From Candidatus Binatia bacterium (GTDB lineage: Bacteria > Desulfobacterota > Binatia > HRBIN30): a DNA stretch of 64,000 bases. The notes below the pieces were generated by a model. That model searched no databases, was not told where the DNA came from, and saw only the letters and a program-made list of their open reading frames with translations. The stretch is taken from contig JBBRSP010000001.1 of the NCBI GenBank assembly GCA_038245295.1, positions 192,001 through 256,000 on the forward strand, given 5' to 3'. Below are positions 10,153-21,578 of the stretch, in pieces (position 1 is the first letter of the stretch; every line of letters begins with the position of its first letter). The translations under genes and the position numbers were made by a program.

Positions 10153-11208
10153 TCAGCCGAGATTCGCCTCCCACCACACCTCGCTGCCGTGTGCGTGTGC
10201 ATGGCCCATCAAGACCTCTTCGCCGCCGGGCCACTGTCGCGCCGTGAGGCGTGGCTGAGTGTCCTTGCTGATCTCGAGCTGCAGCCAACCGAGCGGCGCA
10301 TCGTCACTGGCGCGTCCTCCCGCATCCTCGATGATCTGGGTGACCTGGTCGCGTTCCTCATGCGACATGTACCACCACATGATCGAGTGGAAGACGATCG
10401 TCCGGCAGCCGGGATGTGGCTCCTTGAGTTGCGACGCGAGCCAGGCAGGGGCCGTGGATTTGGTGATGGTGGGCGGATACTGCCGCGCCAGTTGCATGGC
10501 CGAACGTAGCGGCTGCAAACGTTCGAGTTGGTCCGGCCAGACGAAGGACTGTAAGCGCAGCGCCGTTTCGTTGTCGCTGACATCCAGAGGCGCGATGTCG
10601 CAGCCGGCGCGGCTGGCGACGTTTACTGTCGGGGCCAAGGATGGCGGCTCGCCGTGCCACTTGCAGCCGATTGTCACCGGCGAGGCCGGATTTCCCCACA
10701 GGTAGGCGCCGTCGCGCTCGTAGCGGTAACGGTCCCAGTTCTGATTCAGTCCGGCACTGCTGCCGATTTCGAGGAGACGCAAGGGCAAGGGAGCCTTGTC
10801 GGCGAGGTAGAGGAAACCGCCCAACAACGCGGCGCAACGGCTCACCTCATTTGTTTGTACCTGCTGCTGCAGCGCCTTGCGGATGTAGTCGAAATTGCCG
10901 GCGACAACGTCGCGGAAGGCTTCCCAGGCGGCCGGGAACTCTGGCCGGCCTCCAGTCGAGGGGTAGAAGCGCGCCAGTCCTGGTGCGTCACCTCGTAAGG
11001 CCAGGCGATGGACAGCTCCGGTCAAGCGCAGCACAACCGCATCGGGGACAGCCCGCCCAACCCAACCGTCGAGCACCTGGGCGATGATGCCGCCGGCCGC
11101 GAGATCGTCCCCGCAACGGGCCAGAATCTCAGCGTAGATCGGTGATCCCATTTGATGGCAGAACCCCGCCTGGAGTTGGAACGCCTCAGCCAGTCCGTCG
11201 GCAAGCAT
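10153..11208 (-). CDS. DUF2332 family protein
   Basis: CHQMGSPIY, VQTNEVSR, LLEIGSSAGLN, FVWPDQ, FHSIMWWY, HAHG motifs. Confidence 0.85.
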   Translation of the reverse strand: MLADGLAEAFQLQAGFCHQMGSPIYAEILARCGDDLAAGGIIAQVLDGWVGRAVPDAVVLRLTGAVHRLALRGDAPGLARFYPSTGGRPEFPAAWEAFRDVVAGNFDYIRKALQQQVQTNEVSRCAALLGGFLYLADKAPLPLRLLEIGSSAGLNQNWDRYRYERDGAYLWGNPASPVTIGCKWHGEPPSLAPTVNVASRAGCDIAPLDVSDNETALRLQSFVWPDQLERLQPLRSAMQLARQYPPTITKSTAPAWLASQLKEPHPGCRTIVFHSIMWWYMSHEERDQVTQIIEDAGGRASDDAPLGWLQLEISKDTQPRLTARQWPGGEEVLMGHAHAHGSEVWWEANLG

Positions 11209-11324
11209 GGGAAACAATCTGCCACCTCCCATCGGGGCAGCACAAGTACGGGTCGGAGCGCGTCGCGCCGCGGCGTCGCACGCCTCGGTTCTCGAACCGC
11301 CTTCACCGTGCTAGCCGGACGCGT

Positions 11325-12347
11325 ATGGCGACCTCACCGATTCGCAGAGTGAATGCCTCTGAAATCGCCGCGTGGCGGGCTCGGATGCCAGCCGAGGCGG
11401 CGGCGCTGACGCGTCAGCTCGACTGGCTCGATTCACTCGACAGCGGGCCGCTTCTGCCAGCCGCGCCGCCAGCGTCGAGTCTTCGCGTTGCCGCCTTCAA
11501 CGTCGAACGCGGCAGTCGCTACGGTGGCATCCTTTCCTTGCTGCGCACGCACGCGGCGCTGCGTGATGTCGACGTCGTGCTGCTGAACGAGGTCGACTGG
11601 GGCATGGCGCGCTCGGCCAATCGCCACGTGGCGCGCGATCTCGCGGCGGAGCTTGGCATGCACTACGTCTTCGGTATCGAGTTCCTTGAGCTCACCAAGG
11701 GTGAACACCGTGAGCTCGACGCGCCGGGTGACAACACATGGAGTCTGCACGGCAACGCCATCCTCAGCCGCTTAGAGCTGCGTCAGGCGCGTCTGCTGCG
11801 GCTGCCGCTGCACTGCAGTTGGGCCGCAGGCTCGCAGATGCGTCTTGGCGGCCGCATGGCTCTATTGGCGGAGGTTGCCCTCGGCTCGGGCACCGTGACG
11901 CTGGCGACAGTCCACCTCGAGAATCGTACTTCACCGGCCGGGCGCTGTGCCCAGCTCACGGCGCTGCTTGATGAGTTGGGAGCGCACTCGTACGCCATCC
12001 TCGGCGGCGATCTCAACTCGGCGACCGTTGACGCGGGCAAGGACGAAGAGCTGTTCTCTGTCGGCGATCTGCTGGCCGCTGAGCCACTGCGATTCCGCCG
12101 GCCGCAGGCATACGAACCCCTTTTCGAGGCGGCGCGTTCGGCAGGCTTCGATGTCGACGCCGCCAACCCGCCCGACGTTGCGACCAGCATTCCCATGGGA
12201 ATTCCCGATCCGACTTACTGGCTCAAGCTCGATTGGCTGTTCAGTCGCGGCCTGGCAATGACGAGACCACAGGTTGTGCCCGCCGTGCAGGATGGCGAAC
12301 GCGTCTCGGATCACGACTGCGTCGTAGCGACGTTTTACCTACCTTGA
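11325..12347 (+). CDS. Endonuclease/exonuclease/phosphatase family protein
   Basis: FNVERG, LNEVD.GMARS, GNAILSR, VHLE, GGDLN, LDW, SDH catalytic motifs. Confidence 0.9.
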   Translation: MATSPIRRVNASEIAAWRARMPAEAAALTRQLDWLDSLDSGPLLPAAPPASSLRVAAFNVERGSRYGGILSLLRTHAALRDVDVVLLNEVDWGMARSANRHVARDLAAELGMHYVFGIEFLELTKGEHRELDAPGDNTWSLHGNAILSRLELRQARLLRLPLHCSWAAGSQMRLGGRMALLAEVALGSGTVTLATVHLENRTSPAGRCAQLTALLDELGAHSYAILGGDLNSATVDAGKDEELFSVGDLLAAEPLRFRRPQAYEPLFEAARSAGFDVDAANPPDVATSIPMGIPDPTYWLKLDWLFSRGLAMTRPQVVPAVQDGERVSDHDCVVATFYLP

Positions 12348-12498
12348 GTTGGCCCTCGGCACGACGCTCACTGGATTCGTCGTCGCATGGCGCGTAGAGA
12401 GGGGTAGAGGACAAATTGCATATGGTACGAAGAGCACGACGCGGGCCTTGCTCGCAATCCACCGCAAGCACGCAATTCGCGGAGCGCACGGGACGGGT

Positions 12499-12646
12499 AT
12501 TGCCACAGATGAATGGGATGAACACAGATGGTTTGCCGTTTGCCAACAGCTAGCTAGGGGCCGCGATGCAGGCCGCAGGCCTGCATCGCGGCATCTGTGT
12601 TCATCTGCGTTCATCCGTGGCAATGAAACCGCACGGTGGTTTCATT
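12499..12646. repeat. Composite palindromic element: 10-mer (CAGATGAACA-type) arms with a nested REP-like hairpin
   Basis: ATTGCCACAGATGAATGGGATGAACACAGATG (12499-12530) is inverse to CATCTGTGTTCATCTGCGTTCATCCGTGGCAAT (12592-12624); perfect 15-bp stem at 12560-12592; extra hairpin at 12622-12646. Confidence 0.88.
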
Positions 12647-12690
12647 CGCGCTAGATCATCGCACGCCGCGACGAATTCGAACGTAAGTAA

Positions 12691-13134
12691 TACAAAGTAC
12701 GGATTCCTGCGGCGTAGGAAGCTCTTCCCGGCCGCGTGCAGCGCATGGCGGTACCACCGCGCCATTACGTGCTGGGAACAACTCTCGAGCCGCCTTTCCC
12801 TGAGGCGATGCAACGGGCTATTTTCGGTCTCGGTTGTTTTTGGGGGGCCGAGAAAAGGTGCTGGTCGGTTTCCGGTGTCTACACCACCGCCGTCGGTTAC
12901 TCCGCCGGCATCGCACCCAATCCGCTCTGCGAAGAAGTATGCTCCGGCTATACCGGACACTCCGAAGTGAGACTGGTTGTATTCGATCCGGCCCTCTGCT
13001 CCTACGAGAGCCTCCTGCAGATCTTTTGGGAGAGCCACGATCCGACGCATGGCATGCGCCAGGGGAACGACGCGGGCACGCAGTACCGCTCGGGCATCTA
13101 CTACGCGGACGAGAGCCAACACCAATCAGCCTGA
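12691..13134 (+). pseudogene. msrA: Peptide methionine sulfoxide reductase MsrA, degraded
   Basis: GCFWG, EEVCSG.TGH, HDPT.GMRQGND.GTQYRS present; in-frame TAG at 12715 before EALPGR; stops before the C-terminal AExYHQQY motif; PNPTY changed to PNPLC. Confidence 0.8.
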
Positions 13135-13209
13135 GCCCGTCGAAGCCGGCCCCGCAAGTGTTGGGACACCCTGTCTAGCCTGCGGAGCGCCCGCGGAGCC
13201 ATCGTGAAT

Positions 13210-14655
13210 TTACGATGACGGCGCACTTGCTTCGGTAGACGTTTCGGTCGCCGGGGATGCCGCCAGAAGTGCTTTCAGCTTCGCGTTACTCTTGGCCGTC
13301 TCGCTCAGGCGACTGGTGTCGAGGCTGCTGCGGAGAGTGCTCAGGTCACCGTGCAGCAGGAGCGGGAGGACGATTTCACCGCTAGGTGTCCGCAAATCTC
13401 CGAGCGCCGACTCGGCGGCGACCAGGTCGGCGGAAAGCGCCGCAGAGAGGGTGATCTGCGCCGTACCCAAATCGCCTGAATCTCCGGATTTCCGCAGTTG
13501 AGCGTTGATCTGGTATTCGCCGGCGACGATCGACAAATCGGCGCTCTGGGTCGGTACTGTACTGGTTATGTCGGCGTGGCCTCGCTTGATGCTCGTAGAC
13601 TGTCGACTGAGTTCCTCGTGCTTGGCGCGGACCGAGAGGGGGAACCATTGCTTGAGATCCAGGCTGCCCGGCCGCTCCGGCATCAACTGCGCGAGGATGT
13701 TTATGTCGCGTAGCGAAACGTCGGTGACGTCGAGTGTTCCGGTGCCGACAAGCCCGTCGGAGATCTTTGCATCGACGGTCAGGCTGGCATTGCCGCGCGC
13801 CGCATCCGCCGCATCCGTCGTGATACCGGCCTGGAACTGAGCGATCTGTAGGCCGTCAGCATGTCCCTTGATGTGGAGGGCCGGAGCCCCTTTCTCGTTG
13901 CGGTCGACGTCGGCTGCCAGCTCGAAGCGCCCGCCGAAGATACGTCCCGCAAATCGCTGGACTTCGAATGCCGTTGCCCCGGCGAAGGTCGCCTCGATCT
14001 CCGCATCATTGATGGCGGCGCGCTCCAGGGCTTGGATGTTGCCCTTGCCCTTTAAGTGAATACCCTTGGATCCGATGTCGGCGGTGCCGGAGAGAGCCAG
14101 GTTTGGCGTGGTGCTGTTCACGCCGCCGTGGAATTTGAATTGTCGCTCGGTGCTGCTGGCGCCAGGGCTCAGATCGAGGTCGACGGCGCGCAGATCGGCG
14201 GACACGACCGGATCGGTTGTCACGTCGCGGAAGCGAACGTCGGCGCGCTCGACATGCACGCGCTCGGGCAGCACGGCTAGGGCTCCCAGCGGGACGGCAG
14301 TGGTCGCTTCCCCCAATCGCAAGCCCGACGCCGAGCGCGTGAGGGTCAGATGCGGCGCGATGAGATCGAGCTGGGTGGCCTGTGTCTTGGCATTCCACGT
14401 GGCGGAGTAGGGGATATGAATTCGCACCAACTCGACCGCCAATGCCGGCTCGGCGCCGGCGGCCGTGCTGCGCAAGTCGCGTAGCTCGACGGAGGAACCA
14501 CTGCCCTCGACCGACGCCGCGGTGACCTCTACTCCCAGCGCTTGTCCGAGCGCGCTGAGCAGTTCTTCCCGACTGATCGGCAAAGCCCTTTGCGTCGCCA
14601 GCCAGGCAGCAATAACGACGACGAGCAGCCCCACGGCGATGATGATCTTGCGCAT
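13210..14655 (-). CDS. AsmA-like protein
   Basis: N-terminal membrane anchor, beta-rich body, LIAPHLTLTR, FGGR, C-terminal LPLLLHGDL..L; GGAG RBS. Confidence 0.6.
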   Translation of the reverse strand: MRKIIIAVGLLVVVIAAWLATQRALPISREELLSALGQALGVEVTAASVEGSGSSVELRDLRSTAAGAEPALAVELVRIHIPYSATWNAKTQATQLDLIAPHLTLTRSASGLRLGEATTAVPLGALAVLPERVHVERADVRFRDVTTDPVVSADLRAVDLDLSPGASSTERQFKFHGGVNSTTPNLALSGTADIGSKGIHLKGKGNIQALERAAINDAEIEATFAGATAFEVQRFAGRIFGGRFELAADVDRNEKGAPALHIKGHADGLQIAQFQAGITTDAADAARGNASLTVDAKISDGLVGTGTLDVTDVSLRDINILAQLMPERPGSLDLKQWFPLSVRAKHEELSRQSTSIKRGHADITSTVPTQSADLSIVAGEYQINAQLRKSGDSGDLGTAQITLSAALSADLVAAESALGDLRTPSGEIVLPLLLHGDLSTLRSSLDTSRLSETAKSNAKLKALLAASPATETSTEASAPSS

Positions 14656-14745
14656 GTATTTTTCTCCAAACCGTCGCATCGTGCCCGACTAATCTTTTGA
14701 CTGCAATCGTGGCGAGCAGCTACAACCCGCCGCCGGAGGATTCTC

Positions 14746-15546
14746 ATGGCGTACGAACACATCCGAGTCGACCGCGACGGCGGCATTATTACGATTACCC
14801 TCAACCGGCCGGAGACGCGTAACTCCATGACCCCAGCCATGGGCGAGGAGCTTGTGCGCGCGGTCGACGAGATCAAAGGTGATGCCGGCGCCCGCGTGTG
14901 CGTCGTCACGGGCAGCGGCAAATCGTTCAGTTCGGGTGGCGATCTCGCGATGCTGGCCCGTGATACGGGTTTGAAGACCGACGGCGACGCTCCGAGCATG
15001 CAAGGCTCGCCGCGCGATTTTTACCGGCGCTACCTGGCGGTACGAGATATTCCTGTACCGACAATCGCCGCGATCAACGGTCACGCCATCGGCGCCGGCC
15101 TCTGTTTCGCCCTCGGTTGCGACATGCGGATTGCGGCGGACGACGCCCGCATGGGCATGACCTTCACCAAGCTGGCGATCCATCCAGGTATGGGAGCGAC
15201 ATTCTTGCTGCCCCGCCTGATTGGTACCGCCAAGGCTTGTGAGTTGTTCTTCACCGGCCGCGTCTTCGATGCGGCGGAAGCGGAGCGCCTCGGAATCGTC
15301 AATCGCGCCGTGCCGCGCGCCGAGTTCGCCGCCGCCGTACACAGCCTCGCGGAGGAAATAGCCGCCGCCGGGCCGGTGGCCAATCGCATGATGAAGCGGT
15401 CCATCTATCGAGGCGTATCGCATTCGCTGGACGAAATGCTCGAGTTCGAGTCGCTGCAGCAAGGCATCACGTTCACCACGGCCGACGCGCGTGAGGGTGT
15501 CGCCGCCATCATGGAGAAACGCGAGCCGCGCTTCTCCGGGAAATAG
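14746..15546 (+). CDS. Enoyl-CoA hydratase/isomerase family protein
   Basis: ITLNRPETRN, FSSGGDL, IAAINGHAIGAG, AERLGIVN, DAREG. Confidence 0.93.
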   Translation: MAYEHIRVDRDGGIITITLNRPETRNSMTPAMGEELVRAVDEIKGDAGARVCVVTGSGKSFSSGGDLAMLARDTGLKTDGDAPSMQGSPRDFYRRYLAVRDIPVPTIAAINGHAIGAGLCFALGCDMRIAADDARMGMTFTKLAIHPGMGATFLLPRLIGTAKACELFFTGRVFDAAEAERLGIVNRAVPRAEFAAAVHSLAEEIAAAGPVANRMMKRSIYRGVSHSLDEMLEFESLQQGITFTTADAREGVAAIMEKREPRFSGK

Positions 15547-15549
15547 GCG

Positions 15550-15638
15550 CATTTGGCCATCTGGCCATCTGGCAACTCGGCCATGTCGTCATTTTGGGAG
15601 GACAATTCGACGCGGGCCAAATGGCAAATGGCCAAATG
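15550..15638. repeat. Palindromic element with octamer (CATYTGGC)n arms, copy 1
   Basis: CATTTGGCCATCTGGCCATCTGGC is inverse to GCCAAATGGCAAATGGCCAAATG; fills the gap between convergent genes. Confidence 0.85.
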
Positions 15639-15641
15639 TTG

Positions 15642-16046
15642 TCATTCCGTCTCTTCGAAGTTCGACACTTTCCAGTCGTTGTCGATCTTACGTGTGGTGA
15701 TGATCCATTTGCGACGGAACTGATCCGAGTCGGGAACGCTGATCGTCCCCTCAAACAGGAAGGTGGTCGTATCGGGTCCCTCGTGTTCTTCGAGGAGACG
15801 ATATTTTACGCTCGGCTTGCGGGTTGTGTCGTCGATCGTCTGTCCTTCGGTGAGACTTTGCTCTTTGGCCAGCTTGTTTAGCGCCGGACCAGCACAAAAT
15901 GGCTTGGCTCCGGCAAGGTTGATTTGGACGTAGTGCTGGTCGACGAAGCGATCGGCAACGCCGCGTGCGCTCTCTTCGTTGAAACGGCAACCACTCCAGA
16001 TAAGCAGGCAGGCGAACACGGTGATACAAGCGCGGGTTGGAGTCAT
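15642..16046 (-). CDS. Putative lipoprotein (NTF2-like fold possible)
   Basis: MTPTRACITVFACLLIWSGC signal with lipobox-like Cys; ATGA overlap with upstream gene. Confidence 0.7.
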   Translation of the reverse strand: MTPTRACITVFACLLIWSGCRFNEESARGVADRFVDQHYVQINLAGAKPFCAGPALNKLAKEQSLTEGQTIDDTTRKPSVKYRLLEEHEGPDTTTFLFEGTISVPDSDQFRRKWIITTRKIDNDWKVSNFEETE

Positions 16047-16339
16047 GGAGCCTTCTTTTTTCCGAAAAGTACGTCGAGCTTGGCCTTGGCGGCACTGGCG
16101 ACATCGTTGTTGCTGCGGCGTCCAAGACGAAATTCGAAGTACTCGCAAAAGTTGCCGATCGTCTTGTCGACTTGACGTTCGGCCTGGGGTTCGAGGCACT
16201 GGTTCTCTTGTGTGGCATCCTGGAAGCGACAATTGAGGCAACAGTGCAAGTCCGCACCGCAGCTCCAGCAAGTGTCGCGTCGGCCGACCCGTTCCATGGG
16301 GCCGATCTCCTTGCCGCAGTGGTGGCAGTGCCGATCCAT
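16043..16339 (-). CDS. Small Cys-rich putative metal-binding protein
   Basis: 98 aa with CHHC, CWSC, CCLNC, C, C (9 Cys). Confidence 0.75.
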   Translation of the reverse strand: MDRHCHHCGKEIGPMERVGRRDTCWSCGADLHCCLNCRFQDATQENQCLEPQAERQVDKTIGNFCEYFEFRLGRRSNNDVASAAKAKLDVLFGKKKAP

Positions 16340-16499
16340 CGGTTAACCAGAGATCCTCGTCACTTCGGTGAAAGCCGAGATCTCGCCGGCCGACTGGGGA
16401 AAAAGATTCATAACGATCTGCATCGGGATTCTTGACGATGTGGGTCGGTTGATAGCATATGCGCCGCGGCGACTCCTAGCGGGCGGGGTATTTACGACG

Positions 16500-17411
16500 A
16501 TGACGCACCTGATTGACGAATATGAGCGTTCGCTTCGTGCGGAAGAAAATGCTTCTGTCCACACGTTGCGCAACTACGTAAGCGATCTGCGACAACTCGA
16601 TGCGTTTCTGCGCGAGCGTGGTCTGGTCACCGCCGACACGCCGCCGCGGGTGGCGGTCGAGCGTGTCGATCAGATGGCCGTGCGAGCGTTTGTGGCGCAC
16701 CTGATGCAACGTAATCGCAAGAGTTCGGTCGGCCGCAAATTGTCGGCGACCAAAGGATTCTTTCGGTTTCTCTTGCGCCGTGGCCTGGTGCAAAGCGATC
16801 CGACCGTCGGCATCGCGACACCGAAGAAGGAACAACAGTTGCCGGTACACCTCACGGTCGACGACATGTTCCGTCTACTCGATGCCCCACCGGTCGACTC
16901 GGCCGCCGGGGTGCGCGATCGCGCCATCCTGGAGACTCTGTACTCGTGTGGCTTGCGCGTCAGCGAGCTCATCGGTCTCAACTGGGAGGATGTCGACGAA
17001 GGTCTCGAGCTCGTTCGTGTGCGCGGTAAGGGCGACAAGGAACGACTGGTTCCGGTTGGCCGTAAAGCCCTCGCGGCGCTCACCAGCTACCGAGCCCTGA
17101 TTCCGCAACTCTGTGCCCGCTCGCTGGTCGATGAGCGGGCGGTGTTCCTGAATCGTCAAGGGCGTCGACTGACGACCCGCAGTGTGGCGCGCATCGTCGA
17201 GTACTACGTCAAGGCGACGGGTATCCCTGTCAAGGCGAGCCCGCATGCCTTGCGCCACAGCTTCGCGACACACCTGCTGAACGCCGGGGCGGATTTGCGC
17301 GCTATCCAGGAGCTCCTCGGGCACGCCAGCCTGTCGACGACGCAGCGCTATACACACCTGAATCTCGATCAATTGATGACGGTGTACGACAAAGCCCACC
17401 CGCGAGCCTGA
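16500..17411 (+). CDS. xerC: Tyrosine recombinase XerC
   Basis: RDRAILETLYSCGLRVSEL, GKGDKER, HALRHSFATH, LGHASLSTTQRY; directly upstream of hslVU. Confidence 0.92.
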   Translation: MTHLIDEYERSLRAEENASVHTLRNYVSDLRQLDAFLRERGLVTADTPPRVAVERVDQMAVRAFVAHLMQRNRKSSVGRKLSATKGFFRFLLRRGLVQSDPTVGIATPKKEQQLPVHLTVDDMFRLLDAPPVDSAAGVRDRAILETLYSCGLRVSELIGLNWEDVDEGLELVRVRGKGDKERLVPVGRKALAALTSYRALIPQLCARSLVDERAVFLNRQGRRLTTRSVARIVEYYVKATGIPVKASPHALRHSFATHLLNAGADLRAIQELLGHASLSTTQRYTHLNLDQLMTVYDKAHPRA

Positions 17412-17414
17412 GTG

Positions 17415-17948
17415 ATGCAGCAGTTTCACTCGACCACCATTCTGGCGCTGCGGCATCAGGGCAAAGTCGTCGTCGCCGGGGACGGGCAGGTCAGTCTCGG
17501 CCAAACCGTCATGAAGCGCAGCGCGCGCAAGGTCCGGCGTGTCTTTCACGACCGGGTCGTGGTCGGCTTTGCCGGCTCCGCCGCCGACGGCTTCACCCTG
17601 TTCGAGAAGTTCGAGCACCAGCTGGAACAACACGCCGGCAATTTGCGCCGTGCCGCCGTCGAGCTCGGCAAAGAATGGCGCAGCGATCGCGTGTTGCGCC
17701 GCCTCGAAGCGCTGCTGATCGCCGCCGACGCCGATGCCATGCTCGTGCTTTCGGGAAGCGGCGATATCATCGAGCCCGACGAACCGGTCGCCGCCATCGG
17801 CTCCGGCGGCAACTACGCCCTGTCCGCCGCCCGCGCCCTCATGCGCCATAGCTCGCTCAGCGCCCGCCAGATCGCCGAGGAGTCGATGCGCATCGCCTCG
17901 GAGATCTGCATCTACACGAACGACGTCTTGACCATCGAAGAGCTGTAG
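17415..17948 (+). CDS. hslV: ATP-dependent protease subunit HslV
   Basis: HSTTIL N-terminal Thr, GDGQV, GFAGS, IGSGG, CIYTN. Confidence 0.96.
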   Translation: MQQFHSTTILALRHQGKVVVAGDGQVSLGQTVMKRSARKVRRVFHDRVVVGFAGSAADGFTLFEKFEHQLEQHAGNLRRAAVELGKEWRSDRVLRRLEALLIAADADAMLVLSGSGDIIEPDEPVAAIGSGGNYALSAARALMRHSSLSARQIAEESMRIASEICIYTNDVLTIEEL

Positions 17949-17964
17949 GCATTCGACTCGGGTC

Positions 17965-18035
17965 TCTCAATCAGGGTTACGCAAAGATGCAGGGAAGTTG
18001 TCTCTCTCTTTGCGACTCTGCGTCTCGGCGTGAGA
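17965..18035. repeat. Decayed palindromic element with octamer (ACGCARAG)n arms between hslV and hslU
   Basis: ACGCAAAGATGCAGGGA opposed to TCTTTGCGACTCTGCGTCTCGGCGTGAGA. Confidence 0.65.
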
Positions 18036-18105
18036 TGCAGAGATCCGTTGGCAAGCGAACGGGGATGTCGATTTCACTAACCGAACTCGCTACTAGAAAC
18101 CGCCC

Positions 18106-19434
<1,329 letters not shown>

Positions 19435-19436
19435 CG

Positions 19437-20378
19437 ATGACAACGCCAAACGACAATCGCGATAATCGCCGGGACACCCTCGTCGCACGCGCCGACGTGC
19501 TACTCGAGGCATTGCCCTATCTGCGCCGCTATGCCGGTACCACGATGGTCATCAAGTATGGTGGCCACGCGATGACCGAGGAGCATCTCAAGGAGAGCTT
19601 CGCGCAAGATATCGTTCTGCTGAAATACGTCGGCATCAATCCGGTGATCGTCCACGGCGGTGGGCCGCAGATCAACGAACTGCTTGAGAAGCTCGGTGTG
19701 CAGTCGCGATTCGTGCGCGGCATGCGTGTCACCGATCAGGCGACCATGGATGTCGTGGAAATGGTGCTCGGCAAGATCAGCAACGAGATCGTCAGTCTGA
19801 TCAATCGCCAGGGCGGCAAGGCCGTTGGGCTTTCCGGCAAGGACGGCGAGTTGATCCTGGCGCGTCGTATGACCGTCGAGGACAAGGGCGGCAAAGGCGG
19901 TCGCGTCGATATCGGTTTGGTCGGCGAAGTCGGTGCGGTAAACCCCGAAGTGATTCAGTCGCTCGACAGGAGTGGATTCATTCCGGTCATCGCTCCGGTG
20001 GGCGTCGGTGAAAAGGGCGAGTCCTACAACATCAACGCCGATCTGGTCGCCGGCGAAGTGGCGGAGGCGCTGCGCGCCGAGAAGCTGATCCTGCTGACCG
20101 ACGTTGTTGGCATCAAGGGCGCCGACGGTGAGCTCATCACGACGCTCGACATGGACCGGGCGCTGGAGCTGATTCGCGACGGCGTCATCAGCGCCGGCAT
20201 GATTCCGAAGGTCGAATGCTGCATCGACGCGTTGCGCGGCGGCGTGCAGAAGACGCACATCGTCGACGGTCGCGTACGGCATGCTGTGTTGCTCGAAGTA
20301 TTGACCAATGAAGGCGTCGGTACCGAAGTCCTCCGCCAAGCACCTCGCGGCGTTGCACGGCGTCGGGCCGCGCGTTAG
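19437..20378 (+). CDS. argB: Acetylglutamate kinase
   Basis: [30 protein letters not shown]. Confidence 0.96.
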   Translation: MTTPNDNRDNRRDTLVARADVLLEALPYLRRYAGTTMVIKYGGHAMTEEHLKESFAQDIVLLKYVGINPVIVHGGGPQINELLEKLGVQSRFVRGMRVTDQATMDVVEMVLGKISNEIVSLINRQGGKAVGLSGKDGELILARRMTVEDKGGKGGRVDIGLVGEVGAVNPEVIQSLDRSGFIPVIAPVGVGEKGESYNINADLVAGEVAEALRAEKLILLTDVVGIKGADGELITTLDMDRALELIRDGVISAGMIPKVECCIDALRGGVQKTHIVDGRVRHAVLLEVLTNEGVGTEVLRQAPRGVARRRAAR

Positions 20379-20393
20379 CACGCGGGTTTTCCC

Positions 20394-21578
20394 ATGAACA
20401 ATCAAGAGATCATCGCGCTCAACGAGCGCTACCTGTTTCCGACGTATGCGCGGGCTCCCTTCGCCCTGCTGCGCGGCGATGGCTGTCGTGTCTGGGATGC
20501 CGACGGCAAAGAGTACCTCGACTTCTTCTCCAGCACGGTTGTGACATCCCTCGGCCACAATCATCCGGCGCTGACGGCCGCCATCGTCGAACAGGCCAAG
20601 AAGATCCTGCACGTCTCCAATCTGCATCACAGCGAACCGCAAGCGTTGCTGGCGCAGTGGTTGTGCGAGAACTCGTTTGCCGATCGCGTCTTCCTCTGTA
20701 ACAGCGGTGCCGAAGCCAACGAGGCGGCGATCAAGCTGGCGCGCAAGTTCGGCGCCGACTTCGGCGACGGGCGTTTCGAGATCGTTACCGCTCTTGGCTC
20801 GTTCCATGGCCGCACCATCGCGACGATAGCGGCGACCGGGCAGGAGAAGGTCCGACGGGGATTCCAGCCCTTGCCTGGCGGCTTCCGATACGCGGCCTTC
20901 GGTGATGTCGAGGCTCTGGCCAAGGCCATCACGCCGCAAACGATTGCCATCATGCTCGAGCCCGTCCAGGGCGAGGGCGGCATCGTCGTGCCGCCGCCCG
21001 CATATCTGAAGGACGTACGCGCCCTATGCGACGAACGCGAGTTGCTACTGATCCTCGATGAAGTGCAGACCGGGCTCGGACGAGTCGGGGCGATGTTTGG
21101 CTACGAGCTCAGCGGCATTACACCCGACATCGTTACCCTCGCAAAGGGGCTGGGGTCGGGCGTGCCCATCGGGGCGATGCTGTCGACCGAGCGGGTGGCT
21201 GCCGCGTTCTCCTTGGGCACCCACGGCTCGACATTCGGGGGCAATGCGCTCTCGTGCGCCGCGGCCCTCACGGTCTGCCGGACGGTGGGCGACGGTGGTG
21301 TTCTGAAGAACTGTCAGGCGCAAGCCTCCTACCTGATGCAAAAGCTGCGCGAGCTGCAGCAACGCTGCCCGCGCATCAAGGATGTGCGTGGCGCCGGGTT
21401 ACTGATCGGCGTTGAGCTCGACGGTCCGGGGGGCGCGGTGGTCGAGACTTGCCGCGACCTTGGGCTCATCATCAATTGCACCGCCGAGAAGGTCTTGCGA
21501 CTCACGCCGCCGTTTATCCTGACGTCGGCCGATGTGGATCACGCGCTGGCGATTCTGGAAAAGGCTCTGCTGTCATGA
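20394..21578 (+). CDS. argD: Acetylornithine aminotransferase
   Basis: NSGAEANE, SFHGRT, EPVQGEGG, DEVQTG, LAKGLG, HGSTFGGN. Confidence 0.94.
   Translation: MNNQEIIALNERYLFPTYARAPFALLRGDGCRVWDADGKEYLDFFSSTVVTSLGHNHPALTAAIVEQAKKILHVSNLHHSEPQALLAQWLCENSFADRVFLCNSGAEANEAAIKLARKFGADFGDGRFEIVTALGSFHGRTIATIAATGQEKVRRGFQPLPGGFRYAAFGDVEALAKAITPQTIAIMLEPVQGEGGIVVPPPAYLKDVRALCDERELLLILDEVQTGLGRVGAMFGYELSGITPDIVTLAKGLGSGVPIGAMLSTERVAAAFSLGTHGSTFGGNALSCAAALTVCRTVGDGGVLKNCQAQASYLMQKLRELQQRCPRIKDVRGAGLLIGVELDGPGGAVVETCRDLGLIINCTAEKVLRLTPPFILTSADVDHALAILEKALLS

Noticed and set aside
16432..16460. sigma70 promoter for xerC (TTGACG...TAGCAT)
   Set aside because: Spacer is only 15 nt; too weak to call
16500..17411. 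Tyrosine recombinase as a prophage or island integrase
   Set aside because: XerC-like size and motifs, standard xerC-hslVU context, no att site or phage genes
19500..20939. Long alternative ORFs (also 23797-24993, 28342-29769, 44556-45974, 49426-50670, 50731-51960, 58104-59108, 60729-61754)
   Set aside because: Overlap well-supported genes; expected shadow or off-frame ORFs in high-GC DNA; no motifs
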